A DNA stretch of 64,000 bases from Macrostomum hystrix (GCA_950097015.1 CATNEN010000001.1:15748001-15812000); one strand, 5' to 3'; counted from the stretch's first letter, positions 1 through 12,054 are shown. Notes: generated by a model not told the origin, from the sequence alone. Program-made: numbers and translations.

Positions 1-449
1 TCTCCGCAATGCATTTATATGCAATCTTAGATGCCATATTTATATTCAGAGTAGAGCCACTTTCGCTGCTCAACTTTACTGTCTTCGAACAGCCCTGATC
101 AATGAAATGTTTTTGCATGCTTCATTAATTTCCTATGACATGCGAGACACAAACGCTTTGTTGGTGAGTGGAAAGAAAACTAAACCTCTTAAAAGTTCTA
201 CGAGGCCACTATAAAATGAAATTCAACATGCAAAACTTTGAAATTATTGAGACGCTATCGAATTATCGATTGGTGTGAACTTCACACTTTAATTCACACA
301 GAAAGTCTGCAGAGTTTCGAGGCGTCGGACATACAGTCTTTCTCTTTAAAAATGAAGAGACTGTGGCTCTACTGGTATAGTCTATGGGCGTAAACAAGAT
401 GTCAAAGGCTATTGAGCACAACAATGTATATATATTGTACGCTCTCAGA

Positions 450-752
450 GGGTGTAGCCTTGTGGTTAGAGCGTCGGACTCACAACGTGAAGGTTGGGGG
501 TTCGATTCCCGACTCCACTGGAACAGTTAGTGTCCTTTAGCAAGACACTTAGCAAGACACTTAGCAAGACACTTAGCAAGACTCTGACTTTGCCTTAGTT
601 CACCCAGTTGCATGGTTACCAGCATTAGCTGGGATAATTGAGGGTGGGTGTGCATGGCGTCCCACAGTCCATGGACTGAACAGCCAAACGCAATCTTCAC
701 AACAGCTGCGGCTGTGCTGTCAGCTGCACACCTGGCCCAATTGGGGCTTTCA
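450..752 (+). mobile_element. tRNA-derived SINE family A (CORE-like central domain)
   Basis: A-box-like TAGCCTTGTGG and B-box GGTTCGATTCCC; TGTCCT..AGCAAGACACTTA core with an internal 12-bp tandem repeat; homologous copies at ~28.6 kb and ~57.9 kb. Confidence 0.8.
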
Positions 753-794
753 ACCCAACTGCACTTTAATTCATCTCCTTCAATTACATTTCAG

Positions 795-2472
795 TTCATC
801 AGAAAAATTTTTATTCCAATTTACACCGGCTCACACTTCTATCTAATCTACATATCCGTCGAACAGAAAAATGTGTGTATCATAGATTCTTCAAGGTCGA
901 ATGATAATTCCAAAGGACTGATGCGTATTGTGGATCGCTGGAAGTAAGTCTACACCAGATTTTTGTAAAAAAAATAAATGCAATAATAAATATCCCATGA
1001 ACTCCTGGGGACGGCAGTCTCAATGCGAGCGCCGGAAATCCTGGGTTTCTGATCCCAAGTTGGAAGGGAATCAGGCCTTAATCACCCACCCAAGTGATGG
1101 TTGGTAGCTGGTTTTGCGGGAAATTGTGCTGCCCGTTCTAAAGTAAGACAGCAAATACCTTGGGTCGGGCTCGGCTGGGCGCAACGTCGACCAACGTTCT
1201 TCAGGAGCGAAGCGTGCCGTGACGACTGGTGATGAGGAGTTAATATATCAGGGATTGGGGATTCGACATGTACGAAATAATGCTAATTTGTCGTATGAGT
1301 AGAGTAGCAGGGACGAACAGGGGGATAGAGGTCCACTGTCTGCCGAGCTGTCGCCAGGTATGAGTCAGGTGTGACCCAATGGTGTCTTTTTGGGGTGAAA
1401 AACTATGGGTTTTATAGTGGAGAAAACAAGCATGACGCAAGTGAACCGTGATGGAAAGTCCCCGTTTATCCAACCTTTACGCTTTACGCTGCGCAGTGTA
1501 CGATCGAGCCCAGCCGCGTTTTGATTATCCCCGCGTTGTACAGTAAGCTTGGGGGAAGTGAGGTGGATAGTATTACACACATTAGTTGCGTTTGGGAAAT
1601 GTTCGCGAAAATTAAAAAGAAATCTGAAGGTTATTTGAGTTTTCGTCACGCTAGATCGAATCAGAACAATGGGAAGCGGAAGTGGAGTGGACGTTTTGAG
1701 GGTCTGCGGTATTAAAGCGATGAGTCACGTGTTTCTAGCTGCCCTTACATTAATCTATATGGAGAAAAATGGCTGGTAATGGGAAAAAGAGTGACTTTAC
1801 ATTAATAACCCAATTGGGATCAAGTTTGGACACATCATTATATCCTTATTGACATCCATCATTTATATGCATCAGCCGATTGTTGCATTTTAAACAATTC
1901 TCTAATTTCCTAATGCTACAGCCTTTTTACAAGCGCATGTGACGATGGCAGAAGAGAAACGTCAAACATATTTTGCGACGGCGAGACATATGAATCAAAT
2001 TCAATTGTGCATACTCGACAGAAGGACGGCTACAGCTGCGGTGTCTTTGTATGTCTCTTTGTTCGAATGCTTGTCTTTGACTTTGTCTCTGCAGTTTTCT
2101 GCTGATTATAACTTTCTGGCCAACTCAAGAACATATATTTGGCAGACGATTCACAACGATGCGGATCTCGTCGAGCAAAATTTCTGTAGGACATGCGAAT
2201 CTAATGAGACAGGAAAAAGCTCTCGTCGCTTAATCAACTGGGTATGCGAAAACATGTAGCAAATACAAGACTACACGTCTGCACTTTAATAAGATGGACA
2301 TTGCTTGAGGAAATGGATGCCAAGAAAATTGAATGTCACACGAGCTGCTTGATTCACATTTCAGATCGAGTGCCCGTCCTGTCTATTTTGGCACCACGAG
2401 GACTGTGTCTCCACAAATGACATGGATAAAGGCTTTGTTTGTGTGTTCTGTGACAATATGTTTGGCTCATAA
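795..2472 (+). pseudogene. Spliced Ulp1/SENP-like cysteine protease + PHD finger, C-terminal part of a MULE-associated protein (exons 795-943, 1922-2241, 2365-2472)
   Basis: Phase-compatible GT-AG junctions. Motifs: KIFIPIYTGSHFYLIYISVEQKNVCIIDS (His, Asp), QKDGYSCGVFVC (Gln, Cys), and CRTC...W|IECPSCLFWHHEDCV...FVCVFC (C4HC3 PHD). There is a 1-nt frameshift near 2055-2062. Confidence 0.8.
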
Positions 2473-3074
2473 GCTTAACAGACTTTATGCTTGAGAAAAC
2501 TTTTTATCGCTTAAAACTCTATAATGAAAATCCGATTATGTCTTGCGTATGCAATAATTTTGAAGCTTTGATGCATGTAGTACATTACTAGAAGCAGATC
2601 CTTAAAAATTAACTTACTATATCGAGATAACCTCTAAAAACAAGAGCAAACGACAACAACAATCCACCATAGGTAAGCGAGGAAAGTAAACATCATATAA
2701 TAATGTCGCATTGGGGTCAATATTATGTCAAGTAAGTAAATTTAAGTCAATTAAGTCAATTTAAGTCACATTTAAGGCACATTTAAGTATATTGTTGAAA
2801 TTCGGTTTAATTTCATATCAGTTTCCGAGTCGTCTATAATTGTAGATTGACCGCAATTACTTATCCGTAAAAGGATTGAGCGCAATGTTTTAGGCCTATT
2901 GTTTGCAGGGCCGTTCGTTATGCTGCTTTTCATTTCTGCATATGTTATGCGTACGTGCGATGTAATCACAAATCGCATTTATACGTAGCAAGCTCTAAAT
3001 AAAAATTCAAATGTCGGGTACTTCACCCTTTGCATTCTTGTATCATTCTTCATACCACTAAAAAAATTTTCTTG

Positions 3075-3790
3075 CTTGCTGTTCGACGACTGTAAAGTTT
3101 AGTTGAAATTGCGGAGATAGGCGAGCACAGTTCAGACGTAAATAACTTTTGAACTGTACTACGAACCGACTCCAAATTTGATATGCACTGAAAACTCGCT
3201 TGCTGTTCGACGACTGTAAAGTTTGGTTGAAATTGGTGCAGCGAAAGTGGCTCTACTCTGAATATAAATATGGCATCTAAGATTGCATATAAATGCATTG
3301 CGGAGATAGGCGAGCACAGTTCAGACGTAAATAACTTTTGAACTGTACTACGAACCGACTCCAAATTTGATATGCACTGAAAACTCGCTTGCTGTTCGAC
3401 GACTGTAAAGTTTGGTTGAAATTGGTGCAGCGAAAGTGGCTCTACTCTGAATATAAATATGGCATCTAAGATTGCATATAAATGCATTGCGGAGATAGGC
3501 GAGCACAGTTCAGACGTAAATAACTTTTGAACTGTACTACGAACCGACTCCAAATTTGATATGCACTGAAAACTCGCTTGCTGTTCGACGACTGTAAAGT
3601 TTGGTTGAAATTGGTGCAGCGAAAGTGGCTCTACTCTGAATATAAATATGGCATCTAAGATTGCATATAAATGCATTGCGGAGATAGGCGAGCACAGTTC
3701 AGACGTAAATAACTTTTGAACTGTACTACGAACCGACTCCAAATTTGATATGCACTGAAAACTCGCTTGCTGTTCGACGACTGTAAATTT
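3075..3790. repeat. 189-bp tandem repeat, ~3.7 near-identical copies (right arm of foldback element)
   Basis: GCGGAGATAGGCGAGC recurs every 189 nt (3111, 3300, 3489, 3678). Confidence 0.95.
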
Positions 3791-3877
3791 TCATGTGATT
3801 TGGTAGGACAGAGCCAGAGTGTTTGTTATATTTCGAATATAAATCTGAATATGTATCGGGGAACCATTACATTTCAT

Positions 3878-4008
3878 AGGTGAGGATCATAAGGAGGCAT
3901 CAGTCGATCAATCACAGATTTTTAGTGCCACAACGTTACACTGAGGGACCCCCACATCTTTCTTTTTGCGTACCACTGGCGTACCACATTACACCATCCG
4001 GACTATGG
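3878..4008 (+). mobile_element. Isolated right end of the CCATAG-ended element family
   Basis: Closely matches 7797-7962 apart from one ~35-bp indel; similarity stops exactly after CCGGACTATGG. Confidence 0.75.
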
Positions 4009-4151
4009 TGCATAGCTTACTTAAGAACACGCTGCATCAAGCACTCTTTCCGATTTCCTACAGACTTGTACAACAAAGTAAAAAAGGCAGCACAGAATGA
4101 ACTTGCAGCACATGAATGATTGAATAAATGAATGCAGCACAATGCAACAAA

Positions 4152-4462
4152 ATGAATTGGACATATATCATGCTCTAAGCTTTATGTTATATTCTACTTG
4201 CCTCAAAAACCACTGGGCAAGTGCCTTAAAGGTGGAAACTATGCCCAAATTTTAAATGTAGCAGAGAAAATCAATTTTAAGTTTTTTAATATTGCCTAGC
4301 TAAATGAATATGAATTGACATATTTCATGCTCTATGCTCTATGTCATATTCTACCTGCCTCAAAAACCAATGGGCAAGTGCCTTAATAGTGAAAAGTATG
4401 CCCAAATTTAAAATGTAGCAGAGGAAATCAATTTTATGTCTTTTTAATATTGCCTAGCTAAA
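4152..4462. repeat. Diverged ~157-bp tandem duplication (2 copies)
   Basis: ATGAATTG..CATAT..CATGCTCTA...GCCTCAAAAACCA.TGGGCAAGTGCCTTAA...AATATTGCCTAGCTAAA occurs twice. Confidence 0.85.
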
Positions 4463-5050
4463 AAAATATTGTGATTTTCAAAGGTATTTTCATTGTTAAA
4501 GCTGAAGATTTGGAAAATGGAACTTTGACTTTTGGCAATTAAAAGTTAAAGTACATAGTTTACATTGTGTTGTGTAGTGTGGTGTAGTAAGTTTGGAATA
4601 GTCTAATTAAGAGGTCCAAAATCCTTTGGAGGCAGTTTTCAAATCCTGCAGTTCACATTATTTTGTCATCTCCTTTCTGATGCCAATCTGGTCACAGATA
4701 ACATTGGCCATATGGGGATTTTAATTGTTCATGGCCCATAGCTCTAAAATGCAAGGGTGGTACGTGGTAGCAAAAAATAGATCTACAATTTGCCTTTCAA
4801 ATATATTGGCTCGGGAACTGCCTGTACTCCACAAATGCACATTTGTGATAATGACCAGTGAAACGTCAATCCCTATTCCAGACATTTCCGTATGAGTCAA
4901 TCAAAATTGATTGATATGCTTGATAACTTATTTGTATACTTAAAATATTGTTTGTATTTATATGCAAAAGTTTCAGCAATTTACCAATTCAACTAACTTT
5001 CAGCGAAAATGGCTCAAATACTTTAAATTCTAAGGGTAGGGCCATTACCC

Positions 5051-5738
5051 TTGGACAGAATTATGGAAAAGCCGATTGTGCCTATGGTTCATTGTCCTGC
5101 ACCAGGATCGGCATGCTTTATTACATCAAAGGCCAAAGATTGCGTAAGACATCTGTGTCCATGCTTAAGAATCGTTAACGCTGCCGGATCAACTGGCAAA
5201 TCAATGTCCTATACGTCAGGGGACGCTGTAAGTCTGAAGTTGTAATCCTTAGACTTTTGTAAGCCTAAGGACTTTTCTTAGACTTAAAAAGTGGAACTTG
5301 TACTTTTAGCAAATTAAGTGGAACTTGTACTTGAACTTGAACTTGGTTAAGTTAAAGCCTTAACTTTGACTTGCCTTTCTCCTTCAGATACTGCAATACT
5401 TTCCTGATCAGGGATACTGCCTGCCATATGTTGTAAACAACTGCTCAGAGCCTTGGGCAGGCCTGCCGCCCCTGCCGTGCAAGCCCAAACGCCTGCTGCA
5501 AGGGCGTCTGGGGCACTGAATCAAGCACTCCAGCACTTCACTTGCAGCCGGAGAACACTTTCCCGCCGTTCCCGCCGCCATACCACCGGACCACTTTGGC
5601 GGGGCCGGTCCCGGCCCGTCGGCGGTAGCGGAGGACGAGGAGGAGGACGAAGAAGAAGAGCAGCAGCCGAGGGCCAAGAGGCAATGCGTGAAAAAGGCTG
5701 CCCCTAAGAAGGCTGGCCGAAGGAAGCGACGTCGCTAA
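5051..5738 (+). pseudogene. Degenerate spliced gene of unknown function with acidic tract and basic NLS-like C-terminus (exons ~5051-5227, 5388-5738)
   Basis: GCT|GTAAGT joins ttcag|ATA in phase 0. The frame runs to AEDEEEDEEEEQQPRAKRQCVKKAAPKKAGRRKRRR* with one internal TGA at 5517. Confidence 0.5.
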
Positions 5739-5865
5739 ACTATTTATATATTTTTTTTTATCTGGCGCCTTTTCTTTTTGCAACAATACGCATTTTTTAT
5801 TTTTTTATTATTATTATTAATCAGTAATTACTTTATCAGCAGTAAATATTCTAATTCCTACAAAG

Positions 5866-7716
5866 GCTGCATCAGAGGCGTCTCCGCGGGTCATGTCAAG
5901 CTTCGCCATGCAGCGCTTCTTAAGCTCTGCGATGAAACAATGGTACGCCATTGTGGAGTCGTACGGCAGTCTACGGGCAGCTTTCGATCAGGAATACAGC
6001 ACCGACGATGAAAACGAGACGCTGCAGTACGAGATGTTCGGCAGCGACTTTGTCGTCGACATTCTGTGCCTGCTGGACCTGCTCGACCCCGTGCGTGCGC
6101 TAATGGTCTTAGTGCAAGACACACAGCTCCCGCACTGGAAGATTGCGACCCTGTGGCGAGACGTCGCAGAGTTCCTTCGAGTCCGCGGCAAAACCTTTCG
6201 CAGGGCCGACTATCCGCGGTACGACCGCTGCGCCGACAGTGTCCACCCGGGAGGGAATTTTGCGGGCGCAGCGCTGCTAGAAGGTTGGCTCATTGAAAAG
6301 CAGCAGGCCAAAGCAGCGACTAGCGGTGGACGCAGGCCCCCCACAATTCAGTGGACCATCCGTGAGCAGGCAGTAAGTTTGTAGCTCTTTTGACGCACTT
6401 ATGGGGCACCCATGTTTTAAAGGAAACAGAATTCTAAGTATTTTGCTATTTTCACTTTGAATGCAGGACATTGAAGAGGGCATTCGTTCTCTTGCTGCCG
6501 CCTTGCACCGGGCTTTCATCGGCAGGATGGAGCACTGCATCGATAGCACAGTTTACGACTGCGCATCACTTGACGCTGCTAATGTGGTGGCTATGCTGGC
6601 ATCCGCGGACAGGGACAGCGAGGTGGCTCTCAAGGAAGCAGCATCGGAGCCATCCTGCACACGCCTCGTCCAGCAGGCATCCGACTTCACGCACTTAAAG
6701 GACTTGAACCCCAAGCTGTCGCGCAAGTATGTTGCGGCATACATGGATGCGATCAAGCATGTAAGTCGTGCATGTCTACATTATGCAGTCACATTTATCG
6801 TGAAGATAAAGAAAATGTATTCGCTACAGCTGAGGGCTAAATAGTCATATTTTAATACCATAGTGCTATTTCCTTTTTTCATGCTTATTCATCTTTCTTA
6901 ACTACCAGCAACTTAACATCTCCATTATAACTGTCTGTCAGGTGCTATTGACTGGTGACAGCCAAGACGACTGGCTGAAGCCCAGCGTTCAGGGCAGAAT
7001 TGTGCAGCTGCAGCTCCTGCCCTTCAGCCCTTCTGACCTTCGGCTGCGACTCGGCGGTACGCTGGACATGGGCGTTGCTTTTTTGGCAGAGCTGGATGAG
7101 AGCGCCGTATACCGCTCTTTTTACGCCGACGTGTGTGTGTTTAGTGTTGCCGGCAAGGCTGCGTGCTCGCTGCTCGACTTCGCTCTGCACCGGGGGGGCA
7201 CCGGTAGGCTACATGTTCTGTGTAAAAAAGCAATAGACTGTAACCTTATTGAGTGTGAATTTTCAGCCAAGCAATGCCAAAATGGATATAACTGTTAAGA
7301 TAATACTTCTATGTTCACGGAATCTTCAATGGCTACATCTGAACATAAAATTTCCTAATATAGCATGTTAAAGAACACTCCCGAAAATCACTCTTTCAGA
7401 GTCCATCGTCGAAAGTTTCTACTCCACGATGCGCTCACAGCAGTGCCACGGGGGGCAGACAAACGCAACGCTGCAGCAGCGAGCGAAGCTCCGCTGGATG
7501 CTGCCGCCGATAGGCAGCCTTGCGTGCGAGCGCTTCCTGGACAGCGCAGCCAGGAATTACTTCGCTGGCGACTCGCGCAGAAGCATCCGGCGTCATAGGA
7601 CTCCGTTTTTTGTTGCCCAATTAAACTCGCGCGCCTTGACCTATACCGTCAGCAAGGTCGTGGACAAGCGGTGGCCGAAAACGTCCAGATGCCCTTTTAT
7701 TGGCGCCGCCGTTTAA
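5866..7716 (+). pseudogene. hAT-like DDE transposase, C-terminal part only (exons 5866-6372, 6467-6760, 6942-7203, 7400-7716)
   Basis: All three introns are GT-AG and phase-compatible. SFAMQRFLSS resembles the hAT TRW motif; DFVVDILCLLDLLDPVRALMVLVQ resembles the hAT helical insertion; GGT|ESIVESFYSTM resembles the catalytic-E SxxxERxFS motif. No N-terminal half found. Confidence 0.65.
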
Positions 7717-8970
7717 CTATAAATACATTAATTCATTTTTTTGCGACTGTCAGCCTGTCAGGTGTGAGCGCCAATGACAATTCTAGTACCTACCCAGGTG
7801 AGGATCATAGGGAGGCATCAGTCGATCAATCACAGATTTTTAGTGCCGCAACGTTATACACTGAGGGACCCCCACGTCTTTCTTTTGGCGTACCACTGGC
7901 GTACCACTTGGGAATCCTCCTTTTTCCTTCTGGCGTACCACATTACACCATCCGGACTATGGGCTCAGGCACATTCAGCTACCAAGGTAACATGTTACTC
8001 ACGTGAGACCAAAGTGCAAATAACAGAAATTAGGGCAATTAAAAACCACACAGTGAGAATGGCTGCTACAATTACATCATTTACATGTGTTGTTTTCGAG
8101 AATTTTTAAGAGGATGAATTCCGATCCTCCTTGGTGAGATTTACCCAGCTACTGATTCATTCAGCTAAATGTAGCTGAATGTAATAGGCCTAGCTGAGTG
8201 AGGAATTTGCATTTTGCAGTTTTGTGTATTTGCATTTAAATTTTCTATCTAAATGCTATCTTATTTTTATAATGTTGATGCCATTGAATCATATTTATCA
8301 GATATGTTAGCAATAGGCCTACAATAAGAGAAAAACTATAAAAAGCAAGTCTGAAAACTAGGTTTAGGCAAGCTGTCTTGAACAGCAAGGACTAGCTTTG
8401 TAGATGGTCTAAGATGGACAATAAGAAGAAATAATAAATTTGAAGCTATTTAATTATCTAATAAGCCCTGGCTAAAAAATAGGCCTGCCAATACCATTAG
8501 CACCATTAAAAAAAACAATTACCTACATGGAGTACACAAGGCCTACAAATGAATGTGTGGACTGACATATTTTAAATCTATAAAGGCATGCCTAGGCATA
8601 CAATTTGATGGTAGCCTAGACATAAAATGCAGCTCTCTAAATACAAAAAGTAATTAGGCTAGCTATAAGTACTAGCCTACCAATCATTTCACTTTTTAAT
8701 AGAGTAGATAATTGTATCAATGGATGACAATCTGCTCGCCATTCTTTCTAATTCTTAAATTCAATTTCACATTTGTCAGAAAAATGTGTTTTTTTTTAAC
8801 TTCAACTTCGATAGCTTAGTTTCAGTTCTAAGGAAAACAAGGACATGTTAAAATTCCTGCAAACATTATTAAAAACATTTTTCTTTTATCAAACAAATTT
8901 TATATGCATTTCATGACATTCAAGGAAACTACATACAGCGCTACGGGTGCGTACGTGAGTAGCTTAAACT

Positions 8971-11900
8971 CAAGGACCACTAGAAGAAGAAGGACGGGAC
9001 ACTTCGTTTCTTAGAAAATTTATTAAAGGCTGATTTTTATGGAAAAATACACTAGCGAGATAGGAACTTTTCACTTTTTTCACCTTAAAACGTTGATAAC
9101 TTTTTATTGGAAGCAGATACAAAGCTCTTCTTTTGATATAACTTACAAAATATGTTGCTTAGACGAATTTTATGAAGATTTTTTCATGAATAATTGATCT
9201 TCATATTATTTTAGTTACTATATCATGCAGCAATTATAGTATGAAGGGAATGAAGCTAACTAGTGACTAACTTTAATTTTACAATCTCTGTTTAATCGGA
9301 TGCATCTATTTATTAGCAATATATGATTAAAAAATAGTTGTTTATAATTGTATGCCCAACTCACTGCTTCTTTATTTTAGTTTTATCCTGTCAATATAAA
9401 ATAAATTTAAATATATAGCTACCTATATTACATATAGACCTACTAGCTATGCCTAGACCTAGTTATATGTTTATCAATAATCAAGACAGTATCTATCTTG
9501 TTAAGAATTGACAGTTTTTATACTTAATGAAATGTATGAATCTAAGCAAGTGATTTAATTTTAAACCAAGCTTGTTCTCTCTTGTTTTTAGACTTTAGCT
9601 TATTTTAGCTATATTGACATTATCTTTACATTAGCTAGTTTTTTCAGCATTTATTAAACAATGATATTTATTTGCTCTGATTTTATCAAGATGTTCTTAT
9701 TTTATTTGAAATGATTTTTATTTTATTTGTAAACAATGGCATCGTTAACTGAAGGGTTTTTTTAATTTGTAGTGAAATTGTTTATTTCCTATTCATGTTA
9801 TTTTTTTGGGTTCAGGGTTTGCACATGGCTAGCTATTATGTCATGAACTTATCTAATATTCTATTTTAGCCATCTATTTGCCTATCTATCTATCTAGCCT
9901 GGAGCCTAAGGACCTTGTTCATGTTTACTGCATTTTCAACCAAGTGCTGTATAGTCACCAGCTGGACAACCCCATCCAGTCAGTCTAATCACCATGTGAT
10001 TGATGCCCCTTGCAAGGTAGTAAGCTTCTGACTGTCCTCATGGACATACAAAGACATTATGTAGAGAAAGATATTACTTCATGTCTATATAAGTTAAGAT
10101 CATATAGATACTATTTTTGTGTCTCAATTGTGAAAATTGCCTTGAATTTGAAGAATCATTTGTTCTAAAGAACAATTTAAATCCATTTATTCTACTTCAG
10201 TTGATTTCGAGATTTCTTTTACATTTTTCTGATTATTGTGTATTGAAATGAGTTTCTTTTCTCAATAGTGCATGTGCCATGAGATGTCAAATGGAGAACA
10301 ATAAATGGAAGTTTGCAGCTTTTTATATCTTTGAATATGAGCTCATAGTATACACGTTTTACTTATGACTTAGTGCAAAAATGTGTTCAAGTAGTGCTGA
10401 CCTTTCATTTTTCATCGTCTTTTATTGTCAAGATGCCTATGCAGTGTTGGGTGCCACAATAACAACAACGACAACAAAATACACTGTCAGGTAAAAAAAG
10501 CAGTGTCACAGTGCATGCTTCAGAGCCTGGTTGCGAACAAACACTGCATTGCCGGCAGTGTCTGGGGCACCAGCATAGGCCAGCAGGCAGCTTCTTTGAT
10601 ATGGCAATGATGTTCGTCATGGTCCACTTGGTTCATCACACAGGCAACCTCACTGGCCACACAGTGAATATGCAGCACCTTGCCTTGATGGACACCTTGT
10701 CTGGACACAGCACTTTGCTGCCTGGCTTCTTCTAGGCAAACATCACAACTTCAGCCATGGTGAATGGTGCAATGTTAAAACTGTCCTTTGACTGCAACTG
10801 AGTCTCTGGTGGCAGTGTCAGGATGTTGGGCAGTGGTGGCAGCACATTGACTATGGCAGCAAAGAACTCGCGTAGCTTGTTACTGTGCTTATCCACAGTG
10901 CCGCCTGCCAGATTCAGTTGGATGCGCCACTTTTGCCCTGTCAGAGCATTAATGGCAGACCAGGCCACATGCCATCTGGAATCATGCACCACAATGAAAA
11001 AGTAATTGTGACACAAAGGATAAAAGGACCACAGTTTTTTCATTTTCTAAACAGAAAAATGAGTTTGAGGCATGGCACAAAGCTTTACCAATTTCAATAA
11101 AGGTAAATAAATCCTTGTTAATAAAAGAATTACATGAATTCAGGGGTGTTATTAAGCTTTTTTATTGGGTGGCGCCAATAGGGATTTAGGGGTGCACACA
11201 AATGGGAATTGGAGGGCTCTGTGATGGGATTTAAAAGAAAGCCAAATTTTAAAGAAAAAACCCTTCAGGCCCCTAGCCAATTATGCCATTGTTTTCATTA
11301 AATAGAGCCTAATAGAAAATAAAAATAAGAACATCTTGATAAAATCAGAGCAAATAACTATCATTGTTTAATAAATGCTGAAAAAACTAGCTAATGTAAA
11401 GATAATGTCAATATAGCTAAAATAAGCTAAAGTCTAAAAACAAGAGAGAACAAGCTTGGTTTAAAATTAAATCACTTGCTTAGATTCATACATTTCATTA
11501 AGTATAAAAACTGTCAATTCTTAACAAGATAGATACTGTCTTGATTATTGATAAACATATAACTAGGTCTAGGCATAGCTGCAGTAGGGCCTAGGCCTAT
11601 ATATAATATAGGTAGCTATATATTTAAATTTATTTTATATAGAAAGTATAAAACTAAAATAAAGAAGCAGTGAGTTGGGCATACAATTATAACCAACTAT
11701 TTTTTAATCATATATTGCTAATAAATAGATGCATTCGATTAAACAGAGATTGTAAAATTCAAGTTAGTCACTGGTTAGCTTCATACTATGATGGCTGCAT
11801 GATATAGTAACTAAAATAATATGAAGATCAATTATTCATGAAAAAAATCTTTATAAAATTCGTCGAAGCAACATATTTTGTAAGTTATATCAAAAGAAGA

Positions 11901-12054
11901 GCTTTGTATCTGCTTCCAATAAAAAGTTATCAACGTTTTAAGGTGAAAAAAGTGAAAAGTTCCTATCTCGCTAGTGTATTTTTCTGTAAAAATCAGCCTT
12001 TAAAAAATTTTTAAGAAACGAAGTGTCCCGTCCTTCTTCTTCTAGTGGTCCTTG
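8971..12054. mobile_element. Foldback element with ~735-bp terminal inverted repeats (8971-~9705 / ~11318-12054)
   Basis: CAAGGACCACTAGAAGAAGAAGGACGGGACACTTCG pairs with CGAAGTGTCCCGTCCTTCTTCTTCTAGTGGTCCTTG, and the arms stay alignable for ~700 bp. No TSD seen. Confidence 0.9.
10405..10990 (-). pseudogene. Decayed non-LTR retrotransposon (LINE) ORF fragment, region just upstream of the RT core
   Basis: AWSAINALTG...FFAAIVN...APFTMAEV..A*KKPGSKVLCPDKV...KWTMTNIIAISKK matches the LINE pattern PFTxxEV..K..KAPGPDGI...W....IIPIPKK; contains stop codons. Confidence 0.7.

Larger units (their letters stand above)
1..3865 (+). mobile_element. Foldback-type MULE (Rehavkus-like) DNA transposon remnant; left arm runs off the window start
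   Basis: 1-~94 is the reverse complement of part of the 189-bp tandem unit at 3075-3790, so the arms are inverted and made of tandem subrepeats. A Ulp1+PHD pseudogene lies between them. The right end at GGGGAACC (3858-3865) is a guess. Confidence 0.65.
4736..7962 (+). mobile_element. DNA transposon with imperfect CCATAG-N15-GTGGTACG termini, internally deleted, two genes
   Basis: Left end CCATAGctctaaaatgcaaggGTGGTACG; right end (reverse complement) CCATAGtccggatggtgtaatGTGGTACG. GC lies on both flanks. Subterminal GGCGTACCAC repeats; transposase-like exons inside. Confidence 0.6.

Noticed and set aside
450-525. Functional tRNA gene (also at 28.0, 28.8, 58.0 and 63.3 kb)
   Set aside because: Poor cloverleaf pairing, and each continues into a shared SINE body.
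1380-1430. GVKNYGF as a Polinton DNA polymerase B KxY motif
   Set aside because: A single short motif with nearby stops and no other PolB motifs.
3050-3742. 230-aa ORF with 63-aa repeats
   Set aside because: Product of the 189-bp TIR subrepeat (a multiple of 3); non-ATG start and no domain.
3878-7962. LTR retrotransposon bounded by 130-bp direct repeats
   Set aside because: No TG..CA ends, PBS, or gag/pol; the repeat is better explained as two right ends of a TIR element.
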